Source: Planctomycetia bacterium (GTDB lineage Bacteria > Planctomycetota > Planctomycetia > Pirellulales > UBA7805). From it: 64,000 nucleotides of DNA. Shown in pieces: positions 40,192 through 49,845 of this stretch. Under the pieces are notes generated by a model. That model searched no databases. It was given only the letters and a program-made list of their open reading frames with translations, and had not been told where the DNA came from. The DNA is taken from positions 783 to 64,782 of the forward strand of contig JAIOQB010000278.1 in NCBI GenBank assembly GCA_021413585.1, given 5' to 3'. Both the position numbers and the translations under genes were made by a program. Numbering within the stretch: position 1 is the first letter of the stretch; each line of letters opens with the position of its first letter.

Positions 40192-40287
40192 CCTGCACCC
40201 TTATTTCTGCAAAGTCGTACGGCAAAGTTTTGTATTTATTTCTTGTGTGTGCGTGCGTGGCGATTTTCAACGAGGACATTGCGCCTG

Positions 40288-41484
40288 TTACTTTTTTGCT
40301 TTGGCGGCGCCGCCCGACCACCAGCGGCCCAGCACACCCGATTGGCCGTTCTTGTGGTGTCCGTTTCCCGCGTGAGCGTGTTTTGGGGAATGGACGCTCA
40401 GGGCCAGACGCACCAGGCTGCGGGCGACCTTGGACGTGGGGCGTTCGATGACGACCGGCACTCCTTTGTTGTTGCCGGAGTTGATCGTGGCCGGATCGTC
40501 CGGCACATAGTGCGTCAGCGCCACGCCCAGCGCCTTCTCCGCCTTGCCAGCCGGCAATTCCTTGGGTTGGCCAAAGCGATTGACCACCACGCGGAGCTTC
40601 GCGTCGGCCACGCCCAGCCGGCCGACCTGATCGAGCAGCCGCTGCGCGCTGCACAGCGACATCATGTCCAGCCGCAGCGCCAAAAAGACGACGTCGGCCT
40701 GCACCAGCGCCGCCAATTGCTCGGGCCCCAATGAGCTATCAAGATCCATCACCGTAAACGGAAACAAGCTGCGCGACAGCGCCACCACTTGCCGCACGCC
40801 GGAGGCGGTGACTTGGGCGATCCCTTCCTCGCGGCTGGGGGCGGCCAGCAGTTGCACGCCCGAGTCGTGCTTCGTGAGCACCTGTTGGAACATGGCGGCG
40901 TCCATCCGCTCGCTCTTAAGACACAATTCGCCCAGCGTGTGCGTCGGCTTGAGATCCAGCAGCAGGGCCTGATCGCCGGCCGAAAGCCGCAGATCCAACA
41001 GCGCGGCGCGGCGATGCTTGATCGCCAGAGCGGCGGCAATGTTGACCGCCAGCGTGCTCGCCCCGCTCCCGCCGCCGCAGCCCAATATCCCGATCACCTG
41101 GCCCTGTTCGCCATCGGGTACCTGCTGCTTCGTTCGCAGGCGATTCAGCGCGGCTTCCAACTCGATTTCGACGTCGTCGAGATCGACGAACTCATGCGCC
41201 CCTTCGCGCAGCACCCGCAGGATGAACTTCGGATCGTCGGCGGCCCCCACGACGAGCATGATGCCCGCCACGCTGTGACGCAGTTCGGGTAGAACAGCCA
41301 ATGCCCGCTGCCGATCTTCGGGCACAACCAACATCACCAGGTCGTAGCGCGATCGGCTGGCGGCGTCGGCCGCCGCGTCGAGCGGGGTGATGTCGCCCGG
41401 GTCGCAATCCACGCCGCATCGCTGCGCGATGCTGCTAAGCTTGGCGCCGATCAGGTCGTTGTCAGTTACGACTAAGGCTCGCAT
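40288..41484 (-). CDS. tadZ: CpaE/TadZ-like pilus localisation protein (receiver-like N-domain plus MinD/ParA-like ATPase)
   Basis: 398 aa. N-terminal receiver-like fold (MRALVVTDND...). Atypical P-loop GILGCGGGSGASTLAVNIAAAL, as seen in TadZ/CpaE. Confidence 0.8.
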   Translation of the reverse strand: MRALVVTDNDLIGAKLSSIAQRCGVDCDPGDITPLDAAADAASRSRYDLVMLVVPEDRQRALAVLPELRHSVAGIMLVVGAADDPKFILRVLREGAHEFVDLDDVEIELEAALNRLRTKQQVPDGEQGQVIGILGCGGGSGASTLAVNIAAALAIKHRRAALLDLRLSAGDQALLLDLKPTHTLGELCLKSERMDAAMFQQVLTKHDSGVQLLAAPSREEGIAQVTASGVRQVVALSRSLFPFTVMDLDSSLGPEQLAALVQADVVFLALRLDMMSLCSAQRLLDQVGRLGVADAKLRVVVNRFGQPKELPAGKAEKALGVALTHYVPDDPATINSGNNKGVPVVIERPTSKVARSLVRLALSVHSPKHAHAGNGHHKNGQSGVLGRWWSGGAAKAKK

Positions 41485-41553
41485 CGATTCGTTTCCTCAA
41501 GTACGCGGCGCTGCGTCACATCGCTCAAAGGCATCGTGGTTCGCTGCAGGGGT

Positions 41554-42480
41554 CTAGTGCTGTTCCACGAGGATCACGCCGCGATCGTTGCCACGCAGCG
41601 TTTGAATGCTGCTGGTGGTCGACTGCGCCGGAGCGGGAACCTCCGCCGGTTTGGCGGCCGCTGCCGGGGCGGGATCTTCGGGCTTGGCCGGGGCGTTACC
41701 CAGGCCGCGGAACAACCCAGTGAAGGCGGACCAATCGGCGCCGCCCTTCGAGGCCCCTTCCTGGCTATAACGCAACTGGGCCATGGTGGCCGGGTTCGCC
41801 TTGCCGCTGCGGTGGTCGTCCGCGTTGCGGAGCGAGAGGTGCAGGTTACCCTTGTTCATCCCCAGGTCGAGCTTGGCCGCCTGATCGGGAGAAACAAGCA
41901 GCGTGGCGGTGGCCAGATCCTTGGTGTCGATTTTGTTGGTTTCCGGAGCATCGAGCACTTGATTGACCGCCAGCACTTCGATGTTCTGCAACAGCGTGGT
42001 GGTCACGCCGCCGCCCGATTTGTCGTCGGGCATCGAGTCGGTCATGGTCAGCAGGATGTCCACCTTGTCGCCGGGCATGATGAAGCCACCGCCGCCGGCG
42101 GCAACGTGCGACGTGCGGATCGTGAACGCCCGCATGCCGAAGGGAATCATCGCGGCCATGCCTCGCCCGGCGTCCTTGCTGGCCAGCTTCGCTTCCAGCA
42201 GCGGTTCGCCTTTGACCAGCGGCACGGTGGTCGTGCGACCGGCGGCGCGGGCGATGTCGGTTAGTGCTCCCGGCGGCAGCGCGGCGCTGGGCCACGGCCG
42301 AGTGGTCAGCGTTTCGGCCGACAGCACGGTGCCGCGGGAAATGTTGCCCGAGGCGATGACGATCTTCACGTCGTCCGCCTTACGGGTTTGCCCCTGGCCC
42401 GCAAGCTGGCTGACGCCCACCGCGGCCGAGCCGCCGCAGATGACCGCCAGAACGATCAAAATCATGGTGCGAACTTTCAT
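41554..42480 (-). CDS. cpaB: Flp pilus assembly protein CpaB/RcpC (SAF domain)
   Basis: ORF trimmed to ATG 42480 (MKVRTMILIVLAVICGGSAAVG). SAF-like region VKIVIASGNISRGTVL, then the RcpC-like region GDKVDILLT. Confidence 0.8.
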   Translation of the reverse strand: MKVRTMILIVLAVICGGSAAVGVSQLAGQGQTRKADDVKIVIASGNISRGTVLSAETLTTRPWPSAALPPGALTDIARAAGRTTTVPLVKGEPLLEAKLASKDAGRGMAAMIPFGMRAFTIRTSHVAAGGGGFIMPGDKVDILLTMTDSMPDDKSGGGVTTTLLQNIEVLAVNQVLDAPETNKIDTKDLATATLLVSPDQAAKLDLGMNKGNLHLSLRNADDHRSGKANPATMAQLRYSQEGASKGGADWSAFTGLFRGLGNAPAKPEDPAPAAAAKPAEVPAPAQSTTSSIQTLRGNDRGVILVEQH

Positions 42481-42580
42481 AGCATGCCTCACCGTAAAAA
42501 GAAGTTGCAGTGTGGGGAGCGGCCAGCGGCCGCGCACCGTAAGATTGCGGATCTCGTTCTATCGCCTGCCAGACTCTGTT

Positions 42581-43132
42581 CTATTGCCACCTGAGCCACA
42601 GAATAGTTCCCAATACTCCCACGGGCACCATCGCGCCGAACGGAATGACTCGCACGCGGCGGTCCGCGCCGGTCGAGAGCGTTTCGGCCAAATCGTCCTT
42701 GCCCACATGAACGCCCATCGCGGCGAAGCGTTGCACGATCAGCTTCAGCGTCAGCCAGCTCTCGCGAAATTTGCCGCGGACGATAATCATGGCCACGGCC
42801 ACCAGGCCGGCCACCAGCGCGCTGACCACGAACGCCACCACGGTTCCTTGCAAGCCGAGCCAAGCACCTACGCCCGCCATCAACTTCACGTCGCCGGCCC
42901 CCATCAGCCCCAGCAAGTGCGGCACGATCAACACGCCGAATCCAAACAGCGCGCCGAGCAGACTGGGGCCAATCCCCTGGCCGCCGGCGGCCAGACCGTG
43001 ATAGGCCAACCCGCTGATGAGCAGCGGAATCGTCAGCACGTTGTACACCCGGTACTTCCAAATGTCGGTCACCGCGGCGATGGAAGCCGCCAGCAGCGCG
43101 ACGGTCAGAGGGAGCCAGGTGATGTGTGCCAT
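42581..43132 (-). CDS. tadV: prepilin peptidase TadV/CpaA (A24 family, no methyltransferase domain)
   Basis: 183 aa polytopic protein. The two catalytic Asp contexts are AAVTDIWKYRV and GAGDVKLMAGVG. Confidence 0.85.
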   Translation of the reverse strand: MAHITWLPLTVALLAASIAAVTDIWKYRVYNVLTIPLLISGLAYHGLAAGGQGIGPSLLGALFGFGVLIVPHLLGLMGAGDVKLMAGVGAWLGLQGTVVAFVVSALVAGLVAVAMIIVRGKFRESWLTLKLIVQRFAAMGVHVGKDDLAETLSTGADRRVRVIPFGAMVPVGVLGTILWLRWQ

Positions 43133-43223
43133 GGAACGCGCTTCCTAACGAATCATTTGTCGCTAAACGACTTTTCTCAACGGCTTCTAATGCAGCGTGC
43201 AGCTATTGTCACCCACGGCCGCA

Positions 43224-43397
43224 TTACGGCAGCACGGCGTTGGTCGACGTGTAGGCCGCCTGAATCTTCGGGCCGATCAGCGCGATGGTGACCACGCAGC
43301 CGGCCACGATCAGCGCCAGCACGATGCCCAACTCCGTCACTTCCGCGGCTTTCTCGTCCGTGCAAAAACGCGTCGTCGCAGCAATCCACTTCGTCAT
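43224..43397 (-). CDS. flp: Flp family type IVb pilin (57 aa)
   Basis: Not in the ORF track because it is under 60 aa. Hand translation: MTKWIAATTRFCTDEKAAEVTELGIVLALIVAGCVVTIALIGPKIQAAYTSTNAVLP*. A T-run plus GAGAG lies upstream. Confidence 0.85.
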   Translation of the reverse strand: MTKWIAATTRFCTDEKAAEVTELGIVLALIVAGCVVTIALIGPKIQAAYTSTNAVLP

Positions 43398-43637
43398 TGC
43401 AAACTCTCTCGAAAAATGAACTACGTTTTTTTGAATAACTTTCGTCCGAGGTTCGCCGTCTGCAATCGATTCCCCCCGCGTCCCCTCAGGGCCCGAAGGC
43501 CCGTCGGGTAGCGTGGAAAACTGTTGCTGGCTCGACCGTGATGCAGCGCGTCGCGAGCGATGCAGCGCGTCGCGGCTTTGCCAGCAGCGCGGCGTTGCAG
43601 ACGGGGCGAAACTTGCCCGCCAAAACAGCCAGCGAGC

Positions 43638-43811
43638 TTACGGCAACGCGGCGTTGGTCGTGGTGTAGGCAGCCTTGATCTTCGGACCGATCAGGGCGAT
43701 GGTGACCACGCAACCGGCCACAATCAGCGCCAACACAATGCCCAACTCCGTCACTTCGGCGGCCTTCTCGTCCGCCACAAAACGCTTAGCCAAATTCATC
43801 CACATGCGCAT
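43638..43811 (-). CDS. flp: Flp family type IVb pilin (57 aa; alternative starts at 43805 and 43799)
   Basis: Not in the ORF track. Translation: MRMWMNLAKRFVADEKAAEVTELGIVLALIVAGCVVTIALIGPKIKAAYTTTNAALP*. TTTTTTTAAGGGAG lies upstream. Confidence 0.85.
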   Translation of the reverse strand: MRMWMNLAKRFVADEKAAEVTELGIVLALIVAGCVVTIALIGPKIKAAYTTTNAALP

Positions 43812-44009
43812 CTGGTCGCTCCCTTAAAAAAATGCGGAAACACAACTCGAACACACCATGCCGCGACCGCCGTCGCGGCGAAGTCAGCCCCGCTGCGTCG
43901 AGCAGCCAGGCTGAGAAACTCGCTTCGTCGGCAGCGACCTTTTGGGCGATGACCAGTGCGGCCACGCCAAAATCGCCGCTGCGGCGACAAAGTGTTCTAA
44001 TCAGTATGA

Positions 44010-44054
44010 TGGGAAAGACAGGAAATACAAGTAATGTGGGATAGCTGGGAATAA
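44010..44054 (+). promoter_or_regulatory. five in-register 9-bp units in the AT-rich island upstream of the flp-flp-tadV operon
   Basis: TGGGAAAGA, CAGGAAATA, CAAGTAATG, TGGGATAGC and TGGGAATAA at 44010, 44019, 44028, 44037 and 44046. CAGTATGA lies at 44002. The element CTGGGAATAAT recurs at 49989. Confidence 0.5.
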
Positions 44055-44197
44055 TATGACCGCTTACACCACTGTTAGTCGTAAAATGCTTTAATAACAA
44101 TACTTATGACGAAAATGTTAAGACTTCTTGACACTGAGATTTTGTTCATCAACTCTATGAACTTGACGCATTCATCCCAATTCAACTTTTGATGCCA

Positions 44198-44366
44198 ATG
44201 CCGCGCCGGTCGGGGACCGGCGGCTAACACCATTTTGCTTGTGAGCCGCTCCCCGACCGGCGCGTTTCGCAGCTGCGCGATGCTCTTCAGAGGGGAGCGG
44301 CATCCAACTATTTATTGGTGCGAACGATGCGCCGGTCGGGGACCGGCGGCTAACACCGTTTTGGCG
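44198..44366. repeat. REP-like repeats (two direct copies and one inverted partial copy)
   Basis: gcgccggtcggggaccggcggctaacacc occurs at 44203-44231 and 44329-44357. An inverted partial copy gccgctccccgaccggcgcg lies at 44245-44264. The core gccggtc-ggg-gaccggc is self-complementary. Confidence 0.75.
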
Positions 44367-44388
44367 TGCTGACGCTTTACGTTCCGCC

Positions 44389-46317
44389 TTACTTCACCAA
44401 CGCACCCTCGGTTGAACCGACGATGGTGGAGAAGATATCGGACAAGCGTTGCTGGTAGTCGGCCGGGTTGCCGGAGGCAACCGGGCTGATCTTCGGTCCG
44501 GTGGGATTGTTGGGATCCTGGACCGCGGTGCCGGAGAGACGGGCCATGCGGTCCATCATCGTTTGGTCGGAGGCCAGCCCAATCCCCACGGCGTATACGT
44601 GCCAATCCAGGGCCTGCATCATGCCGACCTGCATCATCACGGCGTTGCGTTCTTGATAATTATTATCGCTGCTGGTAAACCACTCGCCGTCCGGATTGTG
44701 CGTGGCATCGTAGCTGGTTTCGTAGTTTTGGATTGTCGTGTTGCTGCTCTGCTTGACGTTGACCACGCCGTCCGAAAGGTACACGACGACCTTATCGGCC
44801 CCCGGCCTGGCGCCGGTGGGATTCAAGGTGGGATCCAGTTGGTTCTTGGCCAGGATCAAACCGTTCTCGCCCGCCGTGCTGCTCTGGTCGTCCGCCACGG
44901 CCTGGTACGTGGTGCAGGCCTGCTTGACCGCGTTGTAGTCGCACGAGTTCACATTCAAAGGATACCGAACCACGGTATCGGCGGCCGTGTCGAACGTGAC
45001 CAGGGCCACGTGGTCCTTGGCGGATTCCGCCAGACCCGCATTCCGCTGGGCAATCGTGTCGATGGCGGCCATGATCCCCACGCGCGCGGCGTGCGTCGGC
45101 TGCTCGCGCGGCGGGAAGTTGAAGCCGTAGCCGGCGCTGGAAGGATCGGTATCCTGATGGTATGGGCAAAACGAACTGGCGGTGGACAACGGTGTGTAGG
45201 TTGAGCCCGTCACCACCCTGTTCCGACCGAAGTCCATCATGAATTGCACATAGGTCTGGTAGCCGAATTTGTTATAGAAGACGGTGGCCGCAGAACTAGT
45301 CAGCGAGGGCCACGCATCCGACGACGGATTGTCGGCCGACGAGATCCCATACGAATTCTGGTTCGCGGGCACACTGCCGGTGTAGTTGCTGTAGTTGGTC
45401 CGCTGTGCTGTGGTAAGCGTGTATGGCTGGATGATGTAATCCAGATACACTTCCCAATAGGCGTAGTTCGTCGTGCTGTTGGGAACCGGCTTGGCCAGCG
45501 GCATCACGGTGGCCAGTTGCGTGTCGATGATCCACTTGTAGCCCTTCTGCTTCCGTGTGGCCGCCGAGTCACTCGTGAGTATCTTGTACGTCGCGTTGAT
45601 CGTCGAGCCGCTGAGATACCCGCCGTTTCTCGTCAGGTTGTAGAACGCCTGGTTGTCCTGCGTTACGTTGCCGTTGCCCATGTATTGCAATGTGCCCGGA
45701 TAGGCGCCATAGCCAAAATCCGCGAAGACGTTGGTCATCATCGTGCTGCCGAGGTTGGGATATCCCGACGGGGCGTACTTCGAGTCGATGGCGGCAGTGG
45801 CCCAGATTTCCGTGTCGTTGTTCATCGACCCGGACAAGTCCATTACGAACACAATATCGCGCGGGTTGCGCACGGCGATCGACGTGGCGGTGACATTCGA
45901 TTGCGTCAGCCCCAAAATACCGGCAAAGCTCAGCGGGACCGGATTGCCGGTGGCTTGCGTTCGCGTGACGGTGACCTGGACCGCGTTCGTGGACGAATTA
46001 CTGGGAGTGAACGTCTTGGTGGAGGAGTTCCAGGTGCCGAGCTGCACGTTCTGGCTGGTGAGCACGTTGCCGTGGTTGGGATGATTCAAGTTGGCGTAGA
46101 GCTGGGCGGTGCTGGTCACCGTGGTGAGGTCGGGAATGTAGCGCACCGCGGCCAGGGCCGCCGCATCGGCGGTGGCTTGCAGTTGGGTGCGGACCAGCAC
46201 CGTGGTCCCCATGTCGATGGCACACGCCACCATCCCCAGCAAGACCACCAGCAACACCGCGGACAGCACCAGCAGGGCCCCACCCCGACAACGCTTCTTG
46301 GCCTTGAGACGTTTCAT
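44389..46317 (-). CDS. tadG: TadG-like pilus-associated protein with von Willebrand factor A domain
   Basis: ORF trimmed to ATG 46317 (MKRLKAKKRCRGGALLVLSAVLLVVLLGMVACAIDMG, a TadE/G-like N-terminus). MIDAS-type motif DIVFVMDLSGSMNNDTE. Confidence 0.8.
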   Translation of the reverse strand: MKRLKAKKRCRGGALLVLSAVLLVVLLGMVACAIDMGTTVLVRTQLQATADAAALAAVRYIPDLTTVTSTAQLYANLNHPNHGNVLTSQNVQLGTWNSSTKTFTPSNSSTNAVQVTVTRTQATGNPVPLSFAGILGLTQSNVTATSIAVRNPRDIVFVMDLSGSMNNDTEIWATAAIDSKYAPSGYPNLGSTMMTNVFADFGYGAYPGTLQYMGNGNVTQDNQAFYNLTRNGGYLSGSTINATYKILTSDSAATRKQKGYKWIIDTQLATVMPLAKPVPNSTTNYAYWEVYLDYIIQPYTLTTAQRTNYSNYTGSVPANQNSYGISSADNPSSDAWPSLTSSAATVFYNKFGYQTYVQFMMDFGRNRVVTGSTYTPLSTASSFCPYHQDTDPSSAGYGFNFPPREQPTHAARVGIMAAIDTIAQRNAGLAESAKDHVALVTFDTAADTVVRYPLNVNSCDYNAVKQACTTYQAVADDQSSTAGENGLILAKNQLDPTLNPTGARPGADKVVVYLSDGVVNVKQSSNTTIQNYETSYDATHNPDGEWFTSSDNNYQERNAVMMQVGMMQALDWHVYAVGIGLASDQTMMDRMARLSGTAVQDPNNPTGPKISPVASGNPADYQQRLSDIFSTIVGSTEGALVK

Positions 46318-46395
46318 ATTGCACCTCGTGAGATTGAAGCCGATGTGATGCACAAAATGTTTGCCGTGCCCCGGCTTGAAATCACTGTTTTCTAG

Positions 46396-46845
46396 TTATT
46401 GTTTTCGCATGATCACTTTGCCGACGAGAGCCTTGTTCGGCATATACAACGCGGCCCCTGGCAGCCACGTCACGCTGCTATACGGCACGGTGACGGTGAC
46501 GGAGATCTGGGTGCCGGCGGGAGAGGCGTCGGCCGACGGCGAAATGGTGACCGTCGCGCCGTTGATCTTCGCCGAACTCAGGTAGTTCGTCACCGCGGTA
46601 TTGCACGCCGCGTCGCTGCCGAGGTTGATCGTGGCCCGGCGGGCCCCTTCGCGGGCGGCATTGGTCACAATCTGGGCCACCATGATCTTGCGCCCAACTT
46701 CAATGGTGCCCAGCGCCATCAGCGTCAGCGCAGGGGCCAAGATCGCCAACTCCAGCACCGAGGCGCCGCGCCGCATGCGCCAACGTCGGGCAGTGCGCGC
46801 CGCGCGCGACTGAGGTTGTTTTGCGTTATCCATCATCACGATCAA
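46396..46845 (-). CDS. tadE: TadE-like pseudopilin
   Basis: RRGASVLELAILAPALTLMALGTIEVGRKIMVAQIVTNAAREGARRA is the TadE N-terminal signature. Confidence 0.8.
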   Translation of the reverse strand: MIVMMDNAKQPQSRAARTARRWRMRRGASVLELAILAPALTLMALGTIEVGRKIMVAQIVTNAAREGARRATINLGSDAACNTAVTNYLSSAKINGATVTISPSADASPAGTQISVTVTVPYSSVTWLPGAALYMPNKALVGKVIMRKQ

Positions 46846-46865
46846 TCCTTTATGGCCCTACGTCG

Positions 46866-47336
46866 CTATTCCTTGATCATCACGACTTTGCTCGTCAGGC
46901 TTTTGCCCTTGAGCCAGCTTGGCGGAATCCACGAAGCCTGATCGAGCGGGATGCTCACCGTCACCGTGAGTGCCGTGCCGGCCGTGGCCGAATTGGCCGA
47001 AGGAACAATCGTCGGCGTGTTGTAGGTCATGATTTTGGCGGCGTTGAGATAATGGGCGATGGCCGCGATGCAATCCGCATCGGTCCCGCCGGGCAACACC
47101 GCCACGCGGCTTCCTTCGCGCGCCGCGTTGGTCAGCACTTCGCCCACCATGACCATCCGGCCAAACTCCACGATGCCGAACGTCAGCAGCAGAAACAACG
47201 GCAGGGTCAAAGCTAGCTCGGTAATTTCAGCGCCGCGGCGCTTCAGTGAGGGGCACTTCAGCCAGCCATGCGGAAAACGGCGGCGCAGCGCCACGGATGA
47301 AACCACGGGTCCGGTTGTTTGGTCCATTGATTTCAC
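46866..47336 (-). CDS. tadE: TadE-like pseudopilin (second copy, TadF position)
   Basis: RRGAEITELALTLPLFLLLTFGIVEFGRMVMVGEVLTNAAREGSRVA. Confidence 0.8.
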   Translation of the reverse strand: MKSMDQTTGPVVSSVALRRRFPHGWLKCPSLKRRGAEITELALTLPLFLLLTFGIVEFGRMVMVGEVLTNAAREGSRVAVLPGGTDADCIAAIAHYLNAAKIMTYNTPTIVPSANSATAGTALTVTVSIPLDQASWIPPSWLKGKSLTSKVVMIKE

Positions 47337-47813
47337 CTCGCAGCTAGCAGCGGTGTTGGTAAGGATGCCGCCTCATCGATCTGGTAATCTAATCCCCAAC
47401 GCTCGGGGGGGTATTTCACTGCGTAACCTATACATAATTTACGCATAATGCACAAGATTTGAGGCATGAATAGCTTGGGTTGTCTCTGTGCCGTTCTAAT
47501 GCCGGACAATAGGTAGAAATCTGCAAGCTTGGATACGCCAGTGACGACGCACTAAGCCATTGTCACCATACTAGTTGCAGCAATCAAAAATGCCAACTTT
47601 TCCAGGTCGATCATCCCGCGCAGCCCCAAGCGGTTCGTTGCCAACGGCACGAAAACCACTTGCGAACTCCTGCCTGGGCCAGACCCCGCCATCTTTGAAA
47701 TCACCCCAAGATCGCAGAAACCGCCAATTTACGCTGTCTCGCGAACTGCCCCCGCCCAAGCAGCCGCCGTCAACTAGGTCAGGCGGCACACCGCACGGCC
47801 GGTCGAGGCGTCG

Positions 47814-47987
47814 TTACGGCAGCGCCGCATTGGTCGACGTGTAGGCGGCCTGAATCTTCGGGCCGATCAGCGCGATCGTGACCACGCAACCCGCCACGAT
47901 CAGGGCCAGCACAATGCCCAACTCGGTTACTTCCGCAGCCTTTTCATCGCACACCAACCGGCGGGCGACATTGATCCACTTGCTCAT
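47814..47987 (-). CDS. flp: Flp family type IVb pilin (57 aa)
   Basis: Not in the ORF track. Translation: MSKWINVARRLVCDEKAAEVTELGIVLALIVAGCVVTIALIGPKIQAAYTSTNAALP*. TTTTTTGACGGAGA lies upstream. Confidence 0.85.
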   Translation of the reverse strand: MSKWINVARRLVCDEKAAEVTELGIVLALIVAGCVVTIALIGPKIQAAYTSTNAALP

Positions 47988-48194
47988 CGAAATGTCTCCG
48001 TCAAAAAAGGTTTGATCTCTAAATTCTGAGTCTGAATCCCCGAATCCGAAACACGCAGAAACTCCGTCGTCTCACCGGCGCCGGCCGGCAAGTGCGCGGT
48101 CCAACCGACCTCCAATTCCCTGGAGGACCGATTGAAACCAGCGCATTGCCTGGCCGTCACAGCGGGACTGCACCTACGCTTTAGGCAAAAGAGC

Positions 48195-48368
48195 CTACGG
48201 CAAGGCGGCGTTCGTCGTCGTGTACGCAGCCTTGATCTTCGGTCCGATCAGGGCGATCGTCACCACGCAGCCGGCCACGATCAGGGCCAACACGATACCC
48301 AGCTCAGTCACTTCAGCGGCCTTTTCGTCGGCCACGAAGCGCTTCGCCATCTGCTTCAACATGCTCAT
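48195..48368 (-). CDS. flp: Flp family type IVb pilin (57 aa)
   Basis: ORF 48195..48428 trimmed to ATG 48368: MSMLKQMAKRFVADEKAAEVTELGIVLALIVAGCVVTIALIGPKIKAAYTTTNAALP*. TTTTTTTCAAGGGGAG lies upstream. Confidence 0.85.
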   Translation of the reverse strand: MSMLKQMAKRFVADEKAAEVTELGIVLALIVAGCVVTIALIGPKIKAAYTTTNAALP

Positions 48369-48414
48369 CGCACAAACTCCCCTTGAAAAAAAGGAACGAA
48401 AAACTCCACAACGC

Positions 48415-49845
48415 TTACAACAGGTCATATTTATGCAGCTTCTTGTACAACGTCACCCGGCTGATTCCTAAATGCCGGGCGGCCAGCGAGCGGTTGTTGC
48501 CGCTCTGGTCCAGCGCGTTGCGCAACAGACGGAACTCCACGTCAAAACGGGCTTCGTCCAGCTTGGATGCCACCGGCCGCTGCGGTTCGACGCTGCCCAC
48601 GTGGCTTCCCTGCTGGCGCACCGCCGCCGGCAAATCCTCCAGATCGACCGGACGGCCAGGGTACAACGCCACGGCGCGTTCCATCACGTTGCGCAACTCG
48701 CGGATATTGCCCGGCCAGGAATAATCCTCGATCGCGGCCAGCGCCTGCGGCGAAATCGCCGGCGGCAGGCAATCGTGCAACGCCGCCACGTCCGCCAGAA
48801 AACGGTTCGCAAACGGGACAATCACCGAGCGCCGCTCGCTCAGTGGCGGCAACCGTAGCGTCACCACGTTGACGCGATAAAACAGGTCCGAGCGAAATTG
48901 CCCCGCCGCCACCTGCTCTTCCAGCGAACGCGTGGCGGTCACGATGATCCGGGCAGTCAGCGGCACCGGGCGATCGCTGCCGACCGGTTCGAACACCTGT
49001 TCGTCGATCGCCCGCAACAACTGGGCCTGAGCGGCCGGCGGCAAGGCGTCGACGTCGTCCAGCAGAATCGTCCCATTCTGGGCAGCGGAAAGCTTGCCGG
49101 CGCGATCCGCTTCCACTCCGCCAAATGAACCCTTTACATGGCCAAATAATTCGCTCTCGACCAGACTGGGACTAAGCGCGCTGCAATTGATCGCCACAAA
49201 CGGTTCGTTCGGCCGAGCCGACAATTCATGAAACAATCGGGCCAGGTGGGTCTTGCCCGTTCCCGTTTCACCGGTCAGCAGCACGGGCGTGGCCAGCGAT
49301 GCCAGTTGACGCATCTGCTCGACGATGCCGGCCATCTCTTCGGACTTGTCGTACAGAAACGGCGGCTGGGAACCGATGCTGCACAAACCCGCATTGAGCC
49401 TGGCGGCGTTCGGAAACGCGCCGTAGTACGACTTGAACGTCAGCATGTCGACGACAAACGCCAGGCGAAGCAGATCCAACGGCCGCGCCAGATAGTCCGC
49501 CGCGCCGTGTGCCAGCAGCTTGACCGCCTGCGGAGTCTCATAGCGATCGCAGATCGGCACCGCCGCGGTACTGCGTCCCGAGCTGCGGCACTGGTCGATC
49601 AAATGCAGTGCTTGTGCTTCGTCGAGGGCTGGGGAAGGCTCGGTTGCCGTGTCCTTGCTGTCGGCGCCGGCAACGTGCATCAGCATGACCGCCGGTCGGG
49701 CGGTCTGAAGCTGGCGCTCTGCATCGGCCACACGATCGACGACGTTCAATCGGCAGCGGCCCACGGAAACCATGGCCTGCTCGACCGCGGCGCGTAGCGC
49801 AATATCGCTGGTAACCAGCAGTGCAGTCGCAGGCATGATAAACAA
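48415..49845 (-). CDS. NtrC-family AAA+ transcriptional activator (receiver-like N-domain, sigma-54-interaction-type AAA+ domain, Fis-type HTH)
   Basis: Walker A LLTGETGTGKTHLARLFH, then ESELFGH. GSFGGV occupies the GAFTGA position. C-terminal HTH NRSLAARHLGISRVTLYKKLHKY. Confidence 0.85.
   Translation of the reverse strand: MFIMPATALLVTSDIALRAAVEQAMVSVGRCRLNVVDRVADAERQLQTARPAVMLMHVAGADSKDTATEPSPALDEAQALHLIDQCRSSGRSTAAVPICDRYETPQAVKLLAHGAADYLARPLDLLRLAFVVDMLTFKSYYGAFPNAARLNAGLCSIGSQPPFLYDKSEEMAGIVEQMRQLASLATPVLLTGETGTGKTHLARLFHELSARPNEPFVAINCSALSPSLVESELFGHVKGSFGGVEADRAGKLSAAQNGTILLDDVDALPPAAQAQLLRAIDEQVFEPVGSDRPVPLTARIIVTATRSLEEQVAAGQFRSDLFYRVNVVTLRLPPLSERRSVIVPFANRFLADVAALHDCLPPAISPQALAAIEDYSWPGNIRELRNVMERAVALYPGRPVDLEDLPAAVRQQGSHVGSVEPQRPVASKLDEARFDVEFRLLRNALDQSGNNRSLAARHLGISRVTLYKKLHKYDLL

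Noticed and set aside
43177-43713. Track ORFs 43177..43389 (70 aa) and 43486..43713 (75 aa) lie on the minus strand.
   Set aside because: They are out-of-frame overlaps of the true 57-codon flp genes. Their translations (MDCCDDAFLHGRESRGSDG..., MRGHHRPDRSEDQGCLHH...) lack any pilin-like hydrophobic core.
47574-47596. A sigma-54-like element on the minus strand, TTGGCATTTTTGATTGCTGCAAC, sits ~240 bp upstream of tadE.
   Set aside because: The GG and GC dinucleotides are separated by 11 nt rather than the strictly conserved 10 nt of TGGCAC-N5-TTGC. I therefore do not call it a promoter. It is worth a PWM scan and 5' end mapping.
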